Shown: positions 18,957-28,040 of the stretch, one piece after another
Numbering within the stretch: the first letter of the stretch is position 1
How the letters are laid out: each line of letters opens with the position of its first letter
Origin: Candidatus Moraniibacteriota bacterium
GTDB lineage: Bacteria; Patescibacteriota; Minisyncoccia; Moranbacterales; UBA2206
Assembly (NCBI GenBank): GCA_030679995.1
Contig: JAUXSK010000015.1
Location: 3,607 to 67,606 of the forward strand
Direction of reading: 5' to 3'
DNA length: 64,000 nt
Notes under the pieces: model-generated
Databases searched by the model: none
Seen by the model: only the letters and a program-made list of their open reading frames with translations
Told to the model about the DNA's origin: nothing
Translations under genes and position numbers: made by a program

Positions 18957-20015
18957 ATGTTGGAACAAAAAATACTGGGCATAAAAACCGAAGCATTGGA
19001 AAGGATACGGAGCGTCAAAGACGATGCCGGACTCTTTGAATTTGAAAAAAAATATCTAGGTAGGAAAAGCGAGCTCACTGGTATCTTGAAGGGACTCAAA
19101 GATTTGTCTCAGGAAGACAGGAAAAAAATCGGGGAACTGGCCAATGCTGTCAAGATGGAAATTTCCGAGGCGCTGGAAGGAAAAAAGCGGGAATTGAAAA
19201 ACGCCGGTTTTGATTTTGAAAGCGAGCGGATCGATGTGACAATTCCCAGCAAGGCAAACGGTTACGGCCATCCGCATATCTTGTCTATTGTCCAAAGGGA
19301 AATCGAAGATATTTTTACCGCGATGGGATTTGAAATCGCGGACGGTCCGGAAATTGAACAGGAATTTTATAATTTTGACGCGCTCAACGTCGCCAAGGAC
19401 CATCCGGCGCGCGATATGCAGGACACATTCTGGCTAAAGCCAGAAATCCAAAATCCAAAATCCAAAATCCAAAATAAATCAGAAAATATTTTATTGCGCA
19501 CGCATACTTCGCCTGTCCAGGTACGCTATATGGAAAAACATAAGCCACCGTTCAAGATTATCGTGCCGGGCCGCGCTTTCCGCAATGAGGCGACGGATGC
19601 CACTCACGAGCATACTTTGCACCAATTCGAGGCATTGGTCGTGGGAGATGGCGTCAATGTGGGAAATTTCAAATATATCGCGGAAACTTTTTTTACGAAG
19701 TTTTTCGGGAAAAAACTGGAAATCCGTTTGAGGCCGAGTTATTTCCCATTCGTGGAGCCCGGTTTCGAATTTGACATCAGTTGCACGGTTTGCGGCGGAC
19801 GGGGATGTCCCTCGTGCAAACACACCGGCTGGCTGGAAGTCGGCGGCGCCGGTATGGTCAATCAGAATGTTTTTGTTTCAGCGGGTTATAAAAGGAACGC
19901 GTACCAAGGTTTTGCCTGGGGATTCGGATTGGAACGGCTGGCGATGATGAAATATAAAATCGATGACATCCGTTTGATTGAAAGCGGGGATTTGAGGTTC
20001 ATTAGGCAGTTCTAA
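18957..20015 (+). CDS. pheS: phenylalanine--tRNA ligase alpha subunit (with a repeat-derived in-frame insertion)
   Basis: HPARDMQDTF, LLRTHTS, RPSYFPFVEP and GFAWGFGLERL motifs; start placed at ATG 18957. Confidence 0.97.
   Translation: MLEQKILGIKTEALERIRSVKDDAGLFEFEKKYLGRKSELTGILKGLKDLSQEDRKKIGELANAVKMEISEALEGKKRELKNAGFDFESERIDVTIPSKANGYGHPHILSIVQREIEDIFTAMGFEIADGPEIEQEFYNFDALNVAKDHPARDMQDTFWLKPEIQNPKSKIQNKSENILLRTHTSPVQVRYMEKHKPPFKIIVPGRAFRNEATDATHEHTLHQFEALVVGDGVNVGNFKYIAETFFTKFFGKKLEIRLRPSYFPFVEPGFEFDISCTVCGGRGCPSCKHTGWLEVGGAGMVNQNVFVSAGYKRNAYQGFAWGFGLERLAMMKYKIDDIRLIESGDLRFIRQF
19444..19480 (+). repeat. (AAATCCA)x4-AAATAAATC tandem repeat inside pheS
   Basis: Four exact heptamers encoding part of EIQNPKSKIQNKS; matches the left arm of the intergenic AT-rich elements. 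Confidence 0.85.
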
Positions 20016-20067
20016 TAATCATTTTCTGATTCTAATCCGATTACGCATATATAAATAAGATAACGAT

Positions 20068-22443
20068 ATGAAATATAGCTACAACTGGCTAAAAGAGCTA
20101 AGCGGCACGAAATTATCTCCGGAAAAACTGCGGGGGCTTTTGACGTTGCGGTCTTTCGAGGTGGAGGGTTTGGAAGAAATTGGACAGGAGTTGGAAGGAG
20201 TGGTTATTGGAAAAATTTTGGAAATCACCAAGCACCCGAACGCGGACAAGTTGCAATTGACTAAAGTGGACGTGGGGAAAACCGTTTTGGATATCGTGTG
20301 CGGGGCGAAAAATATCGCAGTCGGACAGAAAGTCCCGGTGGCGACGGTCGGCACGAAAATGCCGAGCGGCTTGGAAATCAAGGCGGCGGAAATCCGCGGC
20401 GAGAAATCTTCCGGAATGCTGTGCGCCAAAGACGAGCTAGGGCTCGGCGAAGACCATGCGGGGATTTTCATTTTGGATAAGGACGCGAAGATCGGTATGG
20501 GATTGGCAAAATTTTTGAAATTGGATGACGTGATTTTCAATATCGATATCTTGCCGAACCGGGCGCATGATTGTCTTGGTTATGTCGGCGTAGCGTATGA
20601 AATCACCGCTATAGAAAATAGGGAATTCGATTATGATTATAGCGGCTTGGAATTGCCGAAAGTGAAATCTAAAAAATTAAAGGTCGAAGTGGCCGATAAG
20701 GAATTGTGCTCACGGTATGTCGGGGCGGTAATGGAAAATGTCGAAGTGAAGGAATCTCCGTTTTGGATCCAATCCAGGCTTGCGGCTTCCGGCATACGTC
20801 CGATTAACAATATCGTGGATGCGACGAATTTAGTGATGTTGGAGCTAGGCCAACCGTTACATGCTTTTGACGCGGCCAGGGTCATAGGCGGCAGGATTGT
20901 CGTGCGGCGCGCCAAGAAGGGCGAGCAGATTGCGATGCTGGACGGAACTGGAAAAATATTGAGTCAGGAAAACTTAGTGATCGCGGATACGGAAAAACCT
21001 TTGGCGGTGGCAGGCGTGATGGGCGGACTTGATTCGGGCATCGATCCAAGAACGAAAACCATCATTTTGGAAAGCGCCAACTTCAACGCGGTCTCCGTCC
21101 GCAAGACCCGCGTGGGGCTCGGTTTGAAAACGGACGCTTCGGACCGTTTTGAAAAAGATATCGATCCGAACTTGGCGGAAAAAGCTATGGTGCGGGTGAT
21201 TGAAATCATCGAACATATCGCCGGCGGAAAACTGGAGGGTATCGTGGATATTTATCCCAAAAAGGTGAAGCCATGGAAAATAAAATTGGATTTGGAGTAT
21301 GCGAATAAACTTTTGGGAGAAAATATCCCGTTTAAAAAATCAGTACTGATTTTGAAATCCCTTGGAATGGATATTTCAGGCAAAGACGGGGAGTTGGTCG
21401 TCGAAGTACCGACATTCCGCGTCGATATCAAAACCCAGGAGGATTTGATTGAAGAAATCGGGCGGATTTTCGGATATGAAAATATAAAATCCCAGCCGAT
21501 GGTCACGCCGCTTGTGTCGGCCAAGGTGAACAAAGAAAGGTTTTTTGAAAGGAATGTTAAAAATATCCTGGCGGGCCTCAGATTCGATGAGGTGTATAAC
21601 TATTCTTTCTATGGCCAAAAAGACGCCAATGACTGCGCCTTGGGAGAGATAAAGCATCTGGAGTTGGCTAATCCCATGAATCCCGGTCAGCAGTTGATGC
21701 GCGTCAGTCTCATCCCCAACATTTTAAAAAATGTCCGGGATAATCTCAGGAATTTCAAGAGTTTCAATATTTTTGAAAGCGGGCGGGTCTATTGGCCGAA
21801 CGGGGGAATCCTGCCAGAGGAAAGGAAAATAATCGCGATGGCAGTCATACTGGAACAGGATAAATCCGCGGAAACTTTTTTCGCGGCTAAAAGCGCGGCC
21901 AGTGACTTGTCGGGCAAACTCGGCATTAAGGATGTTTATTTCGATAATTTCGATGCGGCACCTTCTGATTCGCTGCTTGGTTTGTGGCATCCGGGCAGGA
22001 GCGCGGAAATCAAAGTCGAAGGTATGGATGGAAAAATCGGATATATCGGAGAGATCAATCCGCTCATCCTAACGCTGTTCAAAATCAATCGGCGCGTGGC
22101 GATGGTCGAGTTGGATTTGGAAAAATTGATGGAAGCTGCCGATGTCGAAGTGGAATTCGAAGCTATCCGGAAATATCCGACGGTTTTGCGCGATATTTCT
22201 ATTTTGGCCGGGCGCGAAATCATGGTTGACGGAATAATGAAAAATATAAAAAAATCCGGCGCCGGCCTGGTCGTCGATGTCTCACTGTTTGATATATTCC
22301 GGAAGGAAGAAAAAAACAGTTTCGCCTTCCATATCGAATTGGGTGCGGTCGACCGCACATTGGAAAGCGCGGAAATCGACGCGGTGATGGCGGAGATAAT
22401 CACCGGCTTGGAAAAAGAGCTGGGTGCGGAAATCAGGAAATAA
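20068..22443 (+). CDS. pheT: phenylalanine--tRNA ligase beta subunit
   Basis: HPNADKL, IVCGA, INNIVDATN, GQPLHAFD and DLIEEIGRIFGY motifs; follows pheS. Confidence 0.97.
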   Translation: MKYSYNWLKELSGTKLSPEKLRGLLTLRSFEVEGLEEIGQELEGVVIGKILEITKHPNADKLQLTKVDVGKTVLDIVCGAKNIAVGQKVPVATVGTKMPSGLEIKAAEIRGEKSSGMLCAKDELGLGEDHAGIFILDKDAKIGMGLAKFLKLDDVIFNIDILPNRAHDCLGYVGVAYEITAIENREFDYDYSGLELPKVKSKKLKVEVADKELCSRYVGAVMENVEVKESPFWIQSRLAASGIRPINNIVDATNLVMLELGQPLHAFDAARVIGGRIVVRRAKKGEQIAMLDGTGKILSQENLVIADTEKPLAVAGVMGGLDSGIDPRTKTIILESANFNAVSVRKTRVGLGLKTDASDRFEKDIDPNLAEKAMVRVIEIIEHIAGGKLEGIVDIYPKKVKPWKIKLDLEYANKLLGENIPFKKSVLILKSLGMDISGKDGELVVEVPTFRVDIKTQEDLIEEIGRIFGYENIKSQPMVTPLVSAKVNKERFFERNVKNILAGLRFDEVYNYSFYGQKDANDCALGEIKHLELANPMNPGQQLMRVSLIPNILKNVRDNLRNFKSFNIFESGRVYWPNGGILPEERKIIAMAVILEQDKSAETFFAAKSAASDLSGKLGIKDVYFDNFDAAPSDSLLGLWHPGRSAEIKVEGMDGKIGYIGEINPLILTLFKINRRVAMVELDLEKLMEAADVEVEFEAIRKYPTVLRDISILAGREIMVDGIMKNIKKSGAGLVVDVSLFDIFRKEEKNSFAFHIELGAVDRTLESAEIDAVMAEIITGLEKELGAEIRK

Positions 22444-22470
22444 ATTCAAATTAAAAATGTAGCATTGGCT

Positions 22471-25035
22471 ATGCGGGAAATTTCCAAACAATTTGATTTT
22501 AAGCGACGGGAAAAGGAAATCTATGGACTCTGGGAAGAGAGCGGTTTTTTCAATCCGGACAATATCAAATCGGCCAAGCGATATTGCAATATCCTGCCAC
22601 CGCCCAACGCGAACGGCGAATTACATATCGGGCATGCCAGCGGCTATACGGTGATGGACATTTTCGGGCGCTTCGAACGGATGAATGGAAAGAAAGTTTT
22701 GCTTTTGCCCGGCAAGGATCACGCGGGCATCCAGACCCAGGTGGTTTTCGAGCGCAAATTAAAAGAAGAACGCAACATAACCCGGCAGATGCTGGGGCGG
22801 GAAAAGTTTTATCAGGAATGTTACGGTTTTTGTATCAGCCGTTCCGATTATATGCGCTCCCAAGAAAAAAGGATCGGCATCAGCGCCGATTGGTCGCGGG
22901 AAAAATTCACTTTGGATCCGGACGGGCTGAAAACCGCGCTGGAAACTTTCGTGAAAATGTACAAAGACGGTTTAGTATATAAGGGCCATCGGATTATCAA
23001 CTGGTGTTCGCGTTGCGGCACCGCCCTGAGCGATGTCGAGGTGGAACACAAGGAGCGGGAAGGTAAATTGTATTGTATCAAATATCCGGTCAAGGATTCG
23101 AAAGAATTTGTCGTGGTAGCGACTACGCGTCCGGAAACGATGCTGGGTGACACGGCGGTCGCGGTCAATCCGAAAGACAAGAGATATCTGGGTTTCATCG
23201 GACAGACTTTAATATTGCCGTTACAGAACAGGGAAATTCCGGTAATCGCCGACAGGCGGATCGATATGGAATTCGGGACGGGTGCGGTGAAAATCACGCC
23301 GGCGCATGATCCACTGGATTGGCAGATCGGCAAGGACCATAAATTGCCTGAAATCTTGGTGATCGATGAAAAAGCGGAAATCACTTTGGAAGGCGGGAGA
23401 TATGCCGGCTTGGGTGTTTCGGAAGCTCGCGTGAAAATCATCGCGGATCTGGCCGAACAGGGATTATTGGAAAAAGAAGAAGCTTTAGTGAATAATGTTT
23501 CAGTCTGTGAACGATGCAAAACGGTAATCGAACCGCTGGTTTCAAAACAATGGTTTGTGAAGGTCGATGGTGAAAAATATTCTCTCAAAAAGAAAACATT
23601 AGAGCTGATAAAATCCGGCAAAGTGGAGGTTTATCCGGAAAATTTCAAAAAAATTCTCATCCAATGGCTGGGCAATCTGCAAGACTGGTGCATTTCGCGC
23701 CAAATCTGGTGGGGTCCGCAATTCCCGGTGTGGTATCGCGGTGAAGAAACTTATGTCGGATTGGAAGCGCCTAAAGGGAATGATTGGATCCAGGATGAGA
23801 ACACTTTCGACACCTGGTTTTCTTCCGGCCAATGGCCGTATACGACGCTTGGCTATCCGAAAGGTAAGGATTATAAGAATTTCTATCCGACCGATACGAT
23901 GATAACGGGACGCGATTTGCTGTTTTTCTGGGCGGCGCGGATGCTGATGCTGGGCCGATACCGCACCGGCAAAACCCCTTTCAGGAATTTATATTTCACC
24001 GGTTTGGTCCGCGATAAGGAAGGGCATAAATTTTCCAAATCCCGTGGCAATGGTATCGATCCTTTGGAAATCATCGAAAAATTCGGAGCGGACGCTTTGC
24101 GTCTGAGCTTGGTGATGGATATCGCGCCGGGGCAAGATTCGCGATTGTTTGAAGAGAAGATTGAAAGCTTCCGGAATTTCGTGACCAAATTATGGAATAT
24201 TTTCCGCTATTGCGAACAATCGGATGCGGAGTTCGCCTTGGTGGAAAAAATCAGCAAGCGCGATTTGAAGACTTTGGCGGACAAATGGATCGTTTCCCAG
24301 CTTGAAGGCGTGGTGAAAAAAGTCAGCGAGCATATGAAAGATAAGAATATCTCTTTGGCGCAGGACGCGTTGCGGAAATTCACTTGGGACAGTTTCGCGG
24401 ATTGGTATTTGGAGATAAACAAATTGGAAAAGAATTCCAAAGTCTTGGGATATGTCCTGGATAGGATTTTAAAATTGTGGCATCCGTTCACGCCGTTCGT
24501 GACTGAAGAAATATACGGCATATTAAATTCTGACGGCAATGTCTTGATGATGGCTAAGTGGCCGAAAAGCGAAAAGAAATTCATCGATGCCAAAGCGCAG
24601 GCTGATTTTTCCGACCTGCAGGACCTGGTCGCGAAAATCAGGAATATACGGGCGAACTATCACATTGATCCGACGGAACTTTTGGATGGATATGCCAATG
24701 CGGATATTGGAAAAGAGATTGTCGGCAAGCTGGCGCGGGTCAGGATCGGAGCCGGGGAAGGTAAGAAAAATATGGTCCAGGTTTCGACCAGGCTGAGGAC
24801 TTTGCGTTTGGATATCGCGAAGTCGATCGATGTGGAGAGGGAAATTGCCTTAATCCGCAAGGAAATCGTGAATTTGGAAAATTTGATTGCGAAAAACGAA
24901 GGGATGTTGAAGAATAAGAAATTTATAATAGGGGCTCCGGCAGGAATAATCCTGTCCGCGAAAAACAGACTTGAGGAATATAGGGAGAAGATCAAGATTC
25001 AAAAAGAACTTGAGAAAAATCTGAGCCGTCTATAA
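22471..25035 (+). CDS. valS: valine--tRNA ligase
   Basis: PPPNANGELHIGH, ATTRPET, DWCISRQIWWG, DTWFSS and KFSKS motifs; C-terminal coiled coil. Confidence 0.97.
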   Translation: MREISKQFDFKRREKEIYGLWEESGFFNPDNIKSAKRYCNILPPPNANGELHIGHASGYTVMDIFGRFERMNGKKVLLLPGKDHAGIQTQVVFERKLKEERNITRQMLGREKFYQECYGFCISRSDYMRSQEKRIGISADWSREKFTLDPDGLKTALETFVKMYKDGLVYKGHRIINWCSRCGTALSDVEVEHKEREGKLYCIKYPVKDSKEFVVVATTRPETMLGDTAVAVNPKDKRYLGFIGQTLILPLQNREIPVIADRRIDMEFGTGAVKITPAHDPLDWQIGKDHKLPEILVIDEKAEITLEGGRYAGLGVSEARVKIIADLAEQGLLEKEEALVNNVSVCERCKTVIEPLVSKQWFVKVDGEKYSLKKKTLELIKSGKVEVYPENFKKILIQWLGNLQDWCISRQIWWGPQFPVWYRGEETYVGLEAPKGNDWIQDENTFDTWFSSGQWPYTTLGYPKGKDYKNFYPTDTMITGRDLLFFWAARMLMLGRYRTGKTPFRNLYFTGLVRDKEGHKFSKSRGNGIDPLEIIEKFGADALRLSLVMDIAPGQDSRLFEEKIESFRNFVTKLWNIFRYCEQSDAEFALVEKISKRDLKTLADKWIVSQLEGVVKKVSEHMKDKNISLAQDALRKFTWDSFADWYLEINKLEKNSKVLGYVLDRILKLWHPFTPFVTEEIYGILNSDGNVLMMAKWPKSEKKFIDAKAQADFSDLQDLVAKIRNIRANYHIDPTELLDGYANADIGKEIVGKLARVRIGAGEGKKNMVQVSTRLRTLRLDIAKSIDVEREIALIRKEIVNLENLIAKNEGMLKNKKFIIGAPAGIILSAKNRLEEYREKIKIQKELEKNLSRL

Positions 25036-25071
25036 AAATGGCTTATTTAAACCATATATTTGTTTTTATGT

Positions 25072-25100
25072 TTGACAAAACCTAAAAAATAAACTATTAT
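25072..25100 (+). promoter_or_regulatory. sigma70 promoter for rnpB
   Basis: TTGACA-17 nt-TATTAT upstream of the rnpB P1 helix. Confidence 0.7.
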
Positions 25101-25134
25101 AAAAAGTGTTTTTATACAATTGAGTCCGAAATTT

Positions 25135-25549
25135 ATCAAAGCAAACCGGGCAATTACCCTTGGCCGCTTCGGCGGCCGGGGGAGGAAAGTCCGGACATCT
25201 AGCCGTGCATGGCGCGAAAATTCCAAGTCCGATTGGGATTTGGAAATTCCGCGCTGTGTGCGGCATCGGCAGCGGGTAACACCCGTCTAGGGCGACCTAC
25301 GAGGTGCGAGCAGAGACGCTGTAATCCGAAAGGATTATGGATCCCAGAAATGGGATAATCTTCGAAATAAGTCCAAGGCTTGCCTTGGACAAAGTCGGAG
25401 GGTGAAACGGCTAAATCCTTGCCTGGATGCAAGGCCGTGTCCAGTATTCCCCTAGGAAATATTGGAAGTGCTGCGCGAGCCGAACGGTGACGTTCGGCCC
25501 AGATAAATTATTGTCCAAGACAGAATCCGGCTTATAGGTTTGCTTTGAT
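25135..25549 (+). ncRNA. rnpB: RNase P RNA
   Basis: P1 pairing ATCAAAGCAAACC/GGTTTGCTTTGAT; GAGGAAAGTCCGG, GGGTAACACCC, GGGTGAAACGG, GCAAG and ACAGAATCCGGCTTA conserved regions. Confidence 0.95.
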
Positions 25550-25623
25550 AAATTTTGGGTTTAAAACATATGAAAGCGCCAGTTCGAATGCGGTTTCGTA
25601 GATTCGTATTTAATTCGTAGTTT

Positions 25624-25643
25624 CCTGCCTACCGGCAGGCAGG
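25624..25643. repeat. 20-bp GC-rich palindrome CCTGCCTACCGGCAGGCAGG within TTCGTA-repeat DNA
   Basis: Near-perfect inverted repeat preceded by repeated TTCGTA units. Confidence 0.7.
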
Positions 25644-25657
25644 CGAATCGGTATATT

Positions 25658-27073
25658 ATGAAGAGATCTGAATTGTTTTTCAGCGCCATCCAGGTCCCGG
25701 TTGATTTCAGTATGATTATCCTGGCCGGTTTTTCGGCTTTTATGGTGCGGGATGTGCCGCAAATCGTAGCGTTGCAGCCGAAGCTCTATAAATTCCCCCT
25801 TAACAACTATTTGGAGATCCTTTTTATGGTGGCGCCCATATTTATCCTGATTTATGCTTTGGAAGGGTTGTATGATATCCGCGTGACCAGGAAATTTTGG
25901 AAAGAAATTATAAAAGTTTTTACGGCGACTTCCATCGGTTTGGTCATAATAATCGTCGCCATATTCTTGAAGCGCGAATGGTTTTCTTCCAGATTCATAA
26001 TTCTGGCAGCTTGGATGCTGGCAGTTTTTTATGTCACGTTGGCACGTTATGTCTTGCATCTGTTCCAGCGGTGGCTATTGAAAAACAAGGGTATTGGCGT
26101 CCACCGGGTCTTGCTTATCGGCCGGAACGGCAAGATGGATACGATGGCGAAATTGATCAAGCAGAATAAAGATTTGGGTTATCGGATTGTCGATCAGATC
26201 GACACGGCCCATTTGAAAGTGATCAAGGCCGTCAAACAGGAAAGAGGAATTGATGAAATTATCTTGTGCGAGCCGTCCGTGACTGACGATGAGCAGGAAA
26301 AATTGATCGACTATTGCGCTTTGAACAATATAACCTATAAATACATCCCGACTACTTTGCAAACTTCAAAATACGAAGTTGGGGTTTTGAACGGCGAGCC
26401 TTTGATTGAAGTCAAACATACTCCGTTGGACGGCTGGGGCAGGATTTTGAAAAGGATTTTCGATATCGTGGCCGCCGTACTGGGCATAGTCCTGACCTCT
26501 CCGATTATGTTGATAACGGCGCTGGCTATCCGCTTGGATAGTCGGGGGCCGTTAATTTATAAGAACGAACGGGTGGGTAATGACGGAAAAAAATTCTTCG
26601 TATATAAATTCCGATATTTCAAAAATGAATTCTGTATTTCCAGGGATAATCCGAATCTCAACGACGCGCTCGAATATGAAAAGAAATTAATTGAAACGCA
26701 AAGCGTCCGCAAAGGTCCGTTGTACAAAATCAAAGCCGATCCGAGAAAGACGCGAGTCGGGGCTTTTATCGAGAAGTATTCGATTGACGAGCTGCCCCAA
26801 TTTTTCAACGTGCTTTTCGGATCGATGAGTTTGGTCGGGCCGCGTCCGCACCAGGAAAGGGAAGTGGAAAAATATATGGATTACCATCGCCGGCTCCTGA
26901 CGATCAAGCCTGGCGTGACCGGCATGGCGCAAGTTTCCGGAAGGTCGGACCTTGATTTTGAACATGAATATAAGCTGGACCTATATTATATTGAGAATTG
27001 GTCGCTTTGGCTGGACATCCAGATATGTCTCAAGACGGTCGGGGTCTTGTTCCGTAAGAGAAGGAATTTGTAA
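25658..27073 (+). CDS. polyprenyl-phosphate phosphoglycosyl transferase (WcaJ/WbaP-like sugar transferase)
   Basis: N-terminal TMs; KRIFD, DPRKTRVG, SIDELPQFFNV, GPRP and KPGVTGMAQV motifs. Confidence 0.93.
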   Translation: MKRSELFFSAIQVPVDFSMIILAGFSAFMVRDVPQIVALQPKLYKFPLNNYLEILFMVAPIFILIYALEGLYDIRVTRKFWKEIIKVFTATSIGLVIIIVAIFLKREWFSSRFIILAAWMLAVFYVTLARYVLHLFQRWLLKNKGIGVHRVLLIGRNGKMDTMAKLIKQNKDLGYRIVDQIDTAHLKVIKAVKQERGIDEIILCEPSVTDDEQEKLIDYCALNNITYKYIPTTLQTSKYEVGVLNGEPLIEVKHTPLDGWGRILKRIFDIVAAVLGIVLTSPIMLITALAIRLDSRGPLIYKNERVGNDGKKFFVYKFRYFKNEFCISRDNPNLNDALEYEKKLIETQSVRKGPLYKIKADPRKTRVGAFIEKYSIDELPQFFNVLFGSMSLVGPRPHQEREVEKYMDYHRRLLTIKPGVTGMAQVSGRSDLDFEHEYKLDLYYIENWSLWLDIQICLKTVGVLFRKRRNL

Positions 27074-27182
27074 TACGATTCCACGAGCCGCTCGGAAAAG
27101 CGTTTTTTTTGTCCAAAAAGCCGAAAGGAGGTATAATAAGCGCAAGGAAAAACTTGGCATAATAATTGTTAAATAACAGTTT

Positions 27183-27359
27183 ATGCAAAAATTAAAAGAC
27201 AAAAACATACGCAAGCTCATCCGGATGGGCCGCGTCGGCTCGAGTCTCGGCCTGACTTTGCCCAAAGAAATAGTTACAGGGTTAGGCTGGCGGGGAAAAC
27301 AGAAAGTGGCGGTCAAAAAATTCCGTGGCGGGGTTTTGATTAAAGATTGGAAAAAATAA
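27183..27359 (+). CDS. small AbrB/MazE/SpoVT-type DNA-binding protein (58 aa, absent from the ORF track)
   Basis: Manual translation MQKLKDKNIRKLIRMGRVGSSLGLTLPKEIVTGLGWRGKQKVAVKKFRGGVLIKDWKK; SxxxTLPKE..LGW swapped-hairpin pattern. Confidence 0.75.
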   Translation: MQKLKDKNIRKLIRMGRVGSSLGLTLPKEIVTGLGWRGKQKVAVKKFRGGVLIKDWKK

Positions 27360-27376
27360 TCGGATACTGGAAAGTT

Positions 27377-27949
27377 ATGTTAAGTGAGGCTGCGGGGTAT
27401 TTATCGGGAATAGCGATCGCGTCGTCTTTCGTGCCGTATATACGGGATGTTTTTTCAGGCAAGACGAAACCGGAAAGGATTTCCTGGTTGATTTGGGCGA
27501 TACTCGGCTTGATCGCGTTTTCTTCCCAAGCGGCCAGTGGGGCGTCATATTCTTTGGTTATGACAGGCGTCCAGTTTTTCGGGGATATGGCTGTTTTTAT
27601 TTTGGCGATCAGATATGGCTTCGGCGGTTTTTTAAGAAGGGACTTCTGGGCCCTAATGGGCGCCAGCGCCAGTTTGTTTTTATGGTATCTGACCGATGAG
27701 CCGGCTTTCGCGCTTTTTTTGGTCATTTTTATCGACGCTATCGGCGTTGTCCTGACGATTATTAAGACATATGAAAACCCGGAAACGGAAACTATAAGTA
27801 CGTGGGTTTTTACTTCCGCCGCCGGTTTTTTGGGTTGTCTAGCTGTCGGAAGTCTAGATTTTATCTTGTTGGCTTTCCCTCTTTATATTTGTTTGGCTGG
27901 CCTGGCTATCCTTGCTGCCATAAGATTGGGATTTCGAAGTCAAACTTGA
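27377..27949 (+). CDS. multi-pass membrane protein, possibly PQ-loop/SWEET-like
   Basis: About 6-7 hydrophobic helices with a two-fold internal pattern (PYIRDV..KTKP..SWLIW and LTIIKTY..PETE..STW); start placed at ATG 27377. Confidence 0.6.
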   Translation: MLSEAAGYLSGIAIASSFVPYIRDVFSGKTKPERISWLIWAILGLIAFSSQAASGASYSLVMTGVQFFGDMAVFILAIRYGFGGFLRRDFWALMGASASLFLWYLTDEPAFALFLVIFIDAIGVVLTIIKTYENPETETISTWVFTSAAGFLGCLAVGSLDFILLAFPLYICLAGLAILAAIRLGFRSQT

Positions 27950-28040
27950 GGATATGTCGCGAGTCCGGTTTGTTGAAAAGGGGATTGGCGGAGACTGATA
28001 ATGGTGGTATAATATCACCGTAATAGATCCGATTATAATT

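Noticed and set aside
17579-22470. T-box riboswitches before tyrS, pheS or valS
   Set aside because: The spacers are too short, no T-box consensus is visible, and tyrS looks leaderless.
25199-25432. Minus-strand ORFs over 25066-25432
   Set aside because: The region is explained by rnpB and its promoter.
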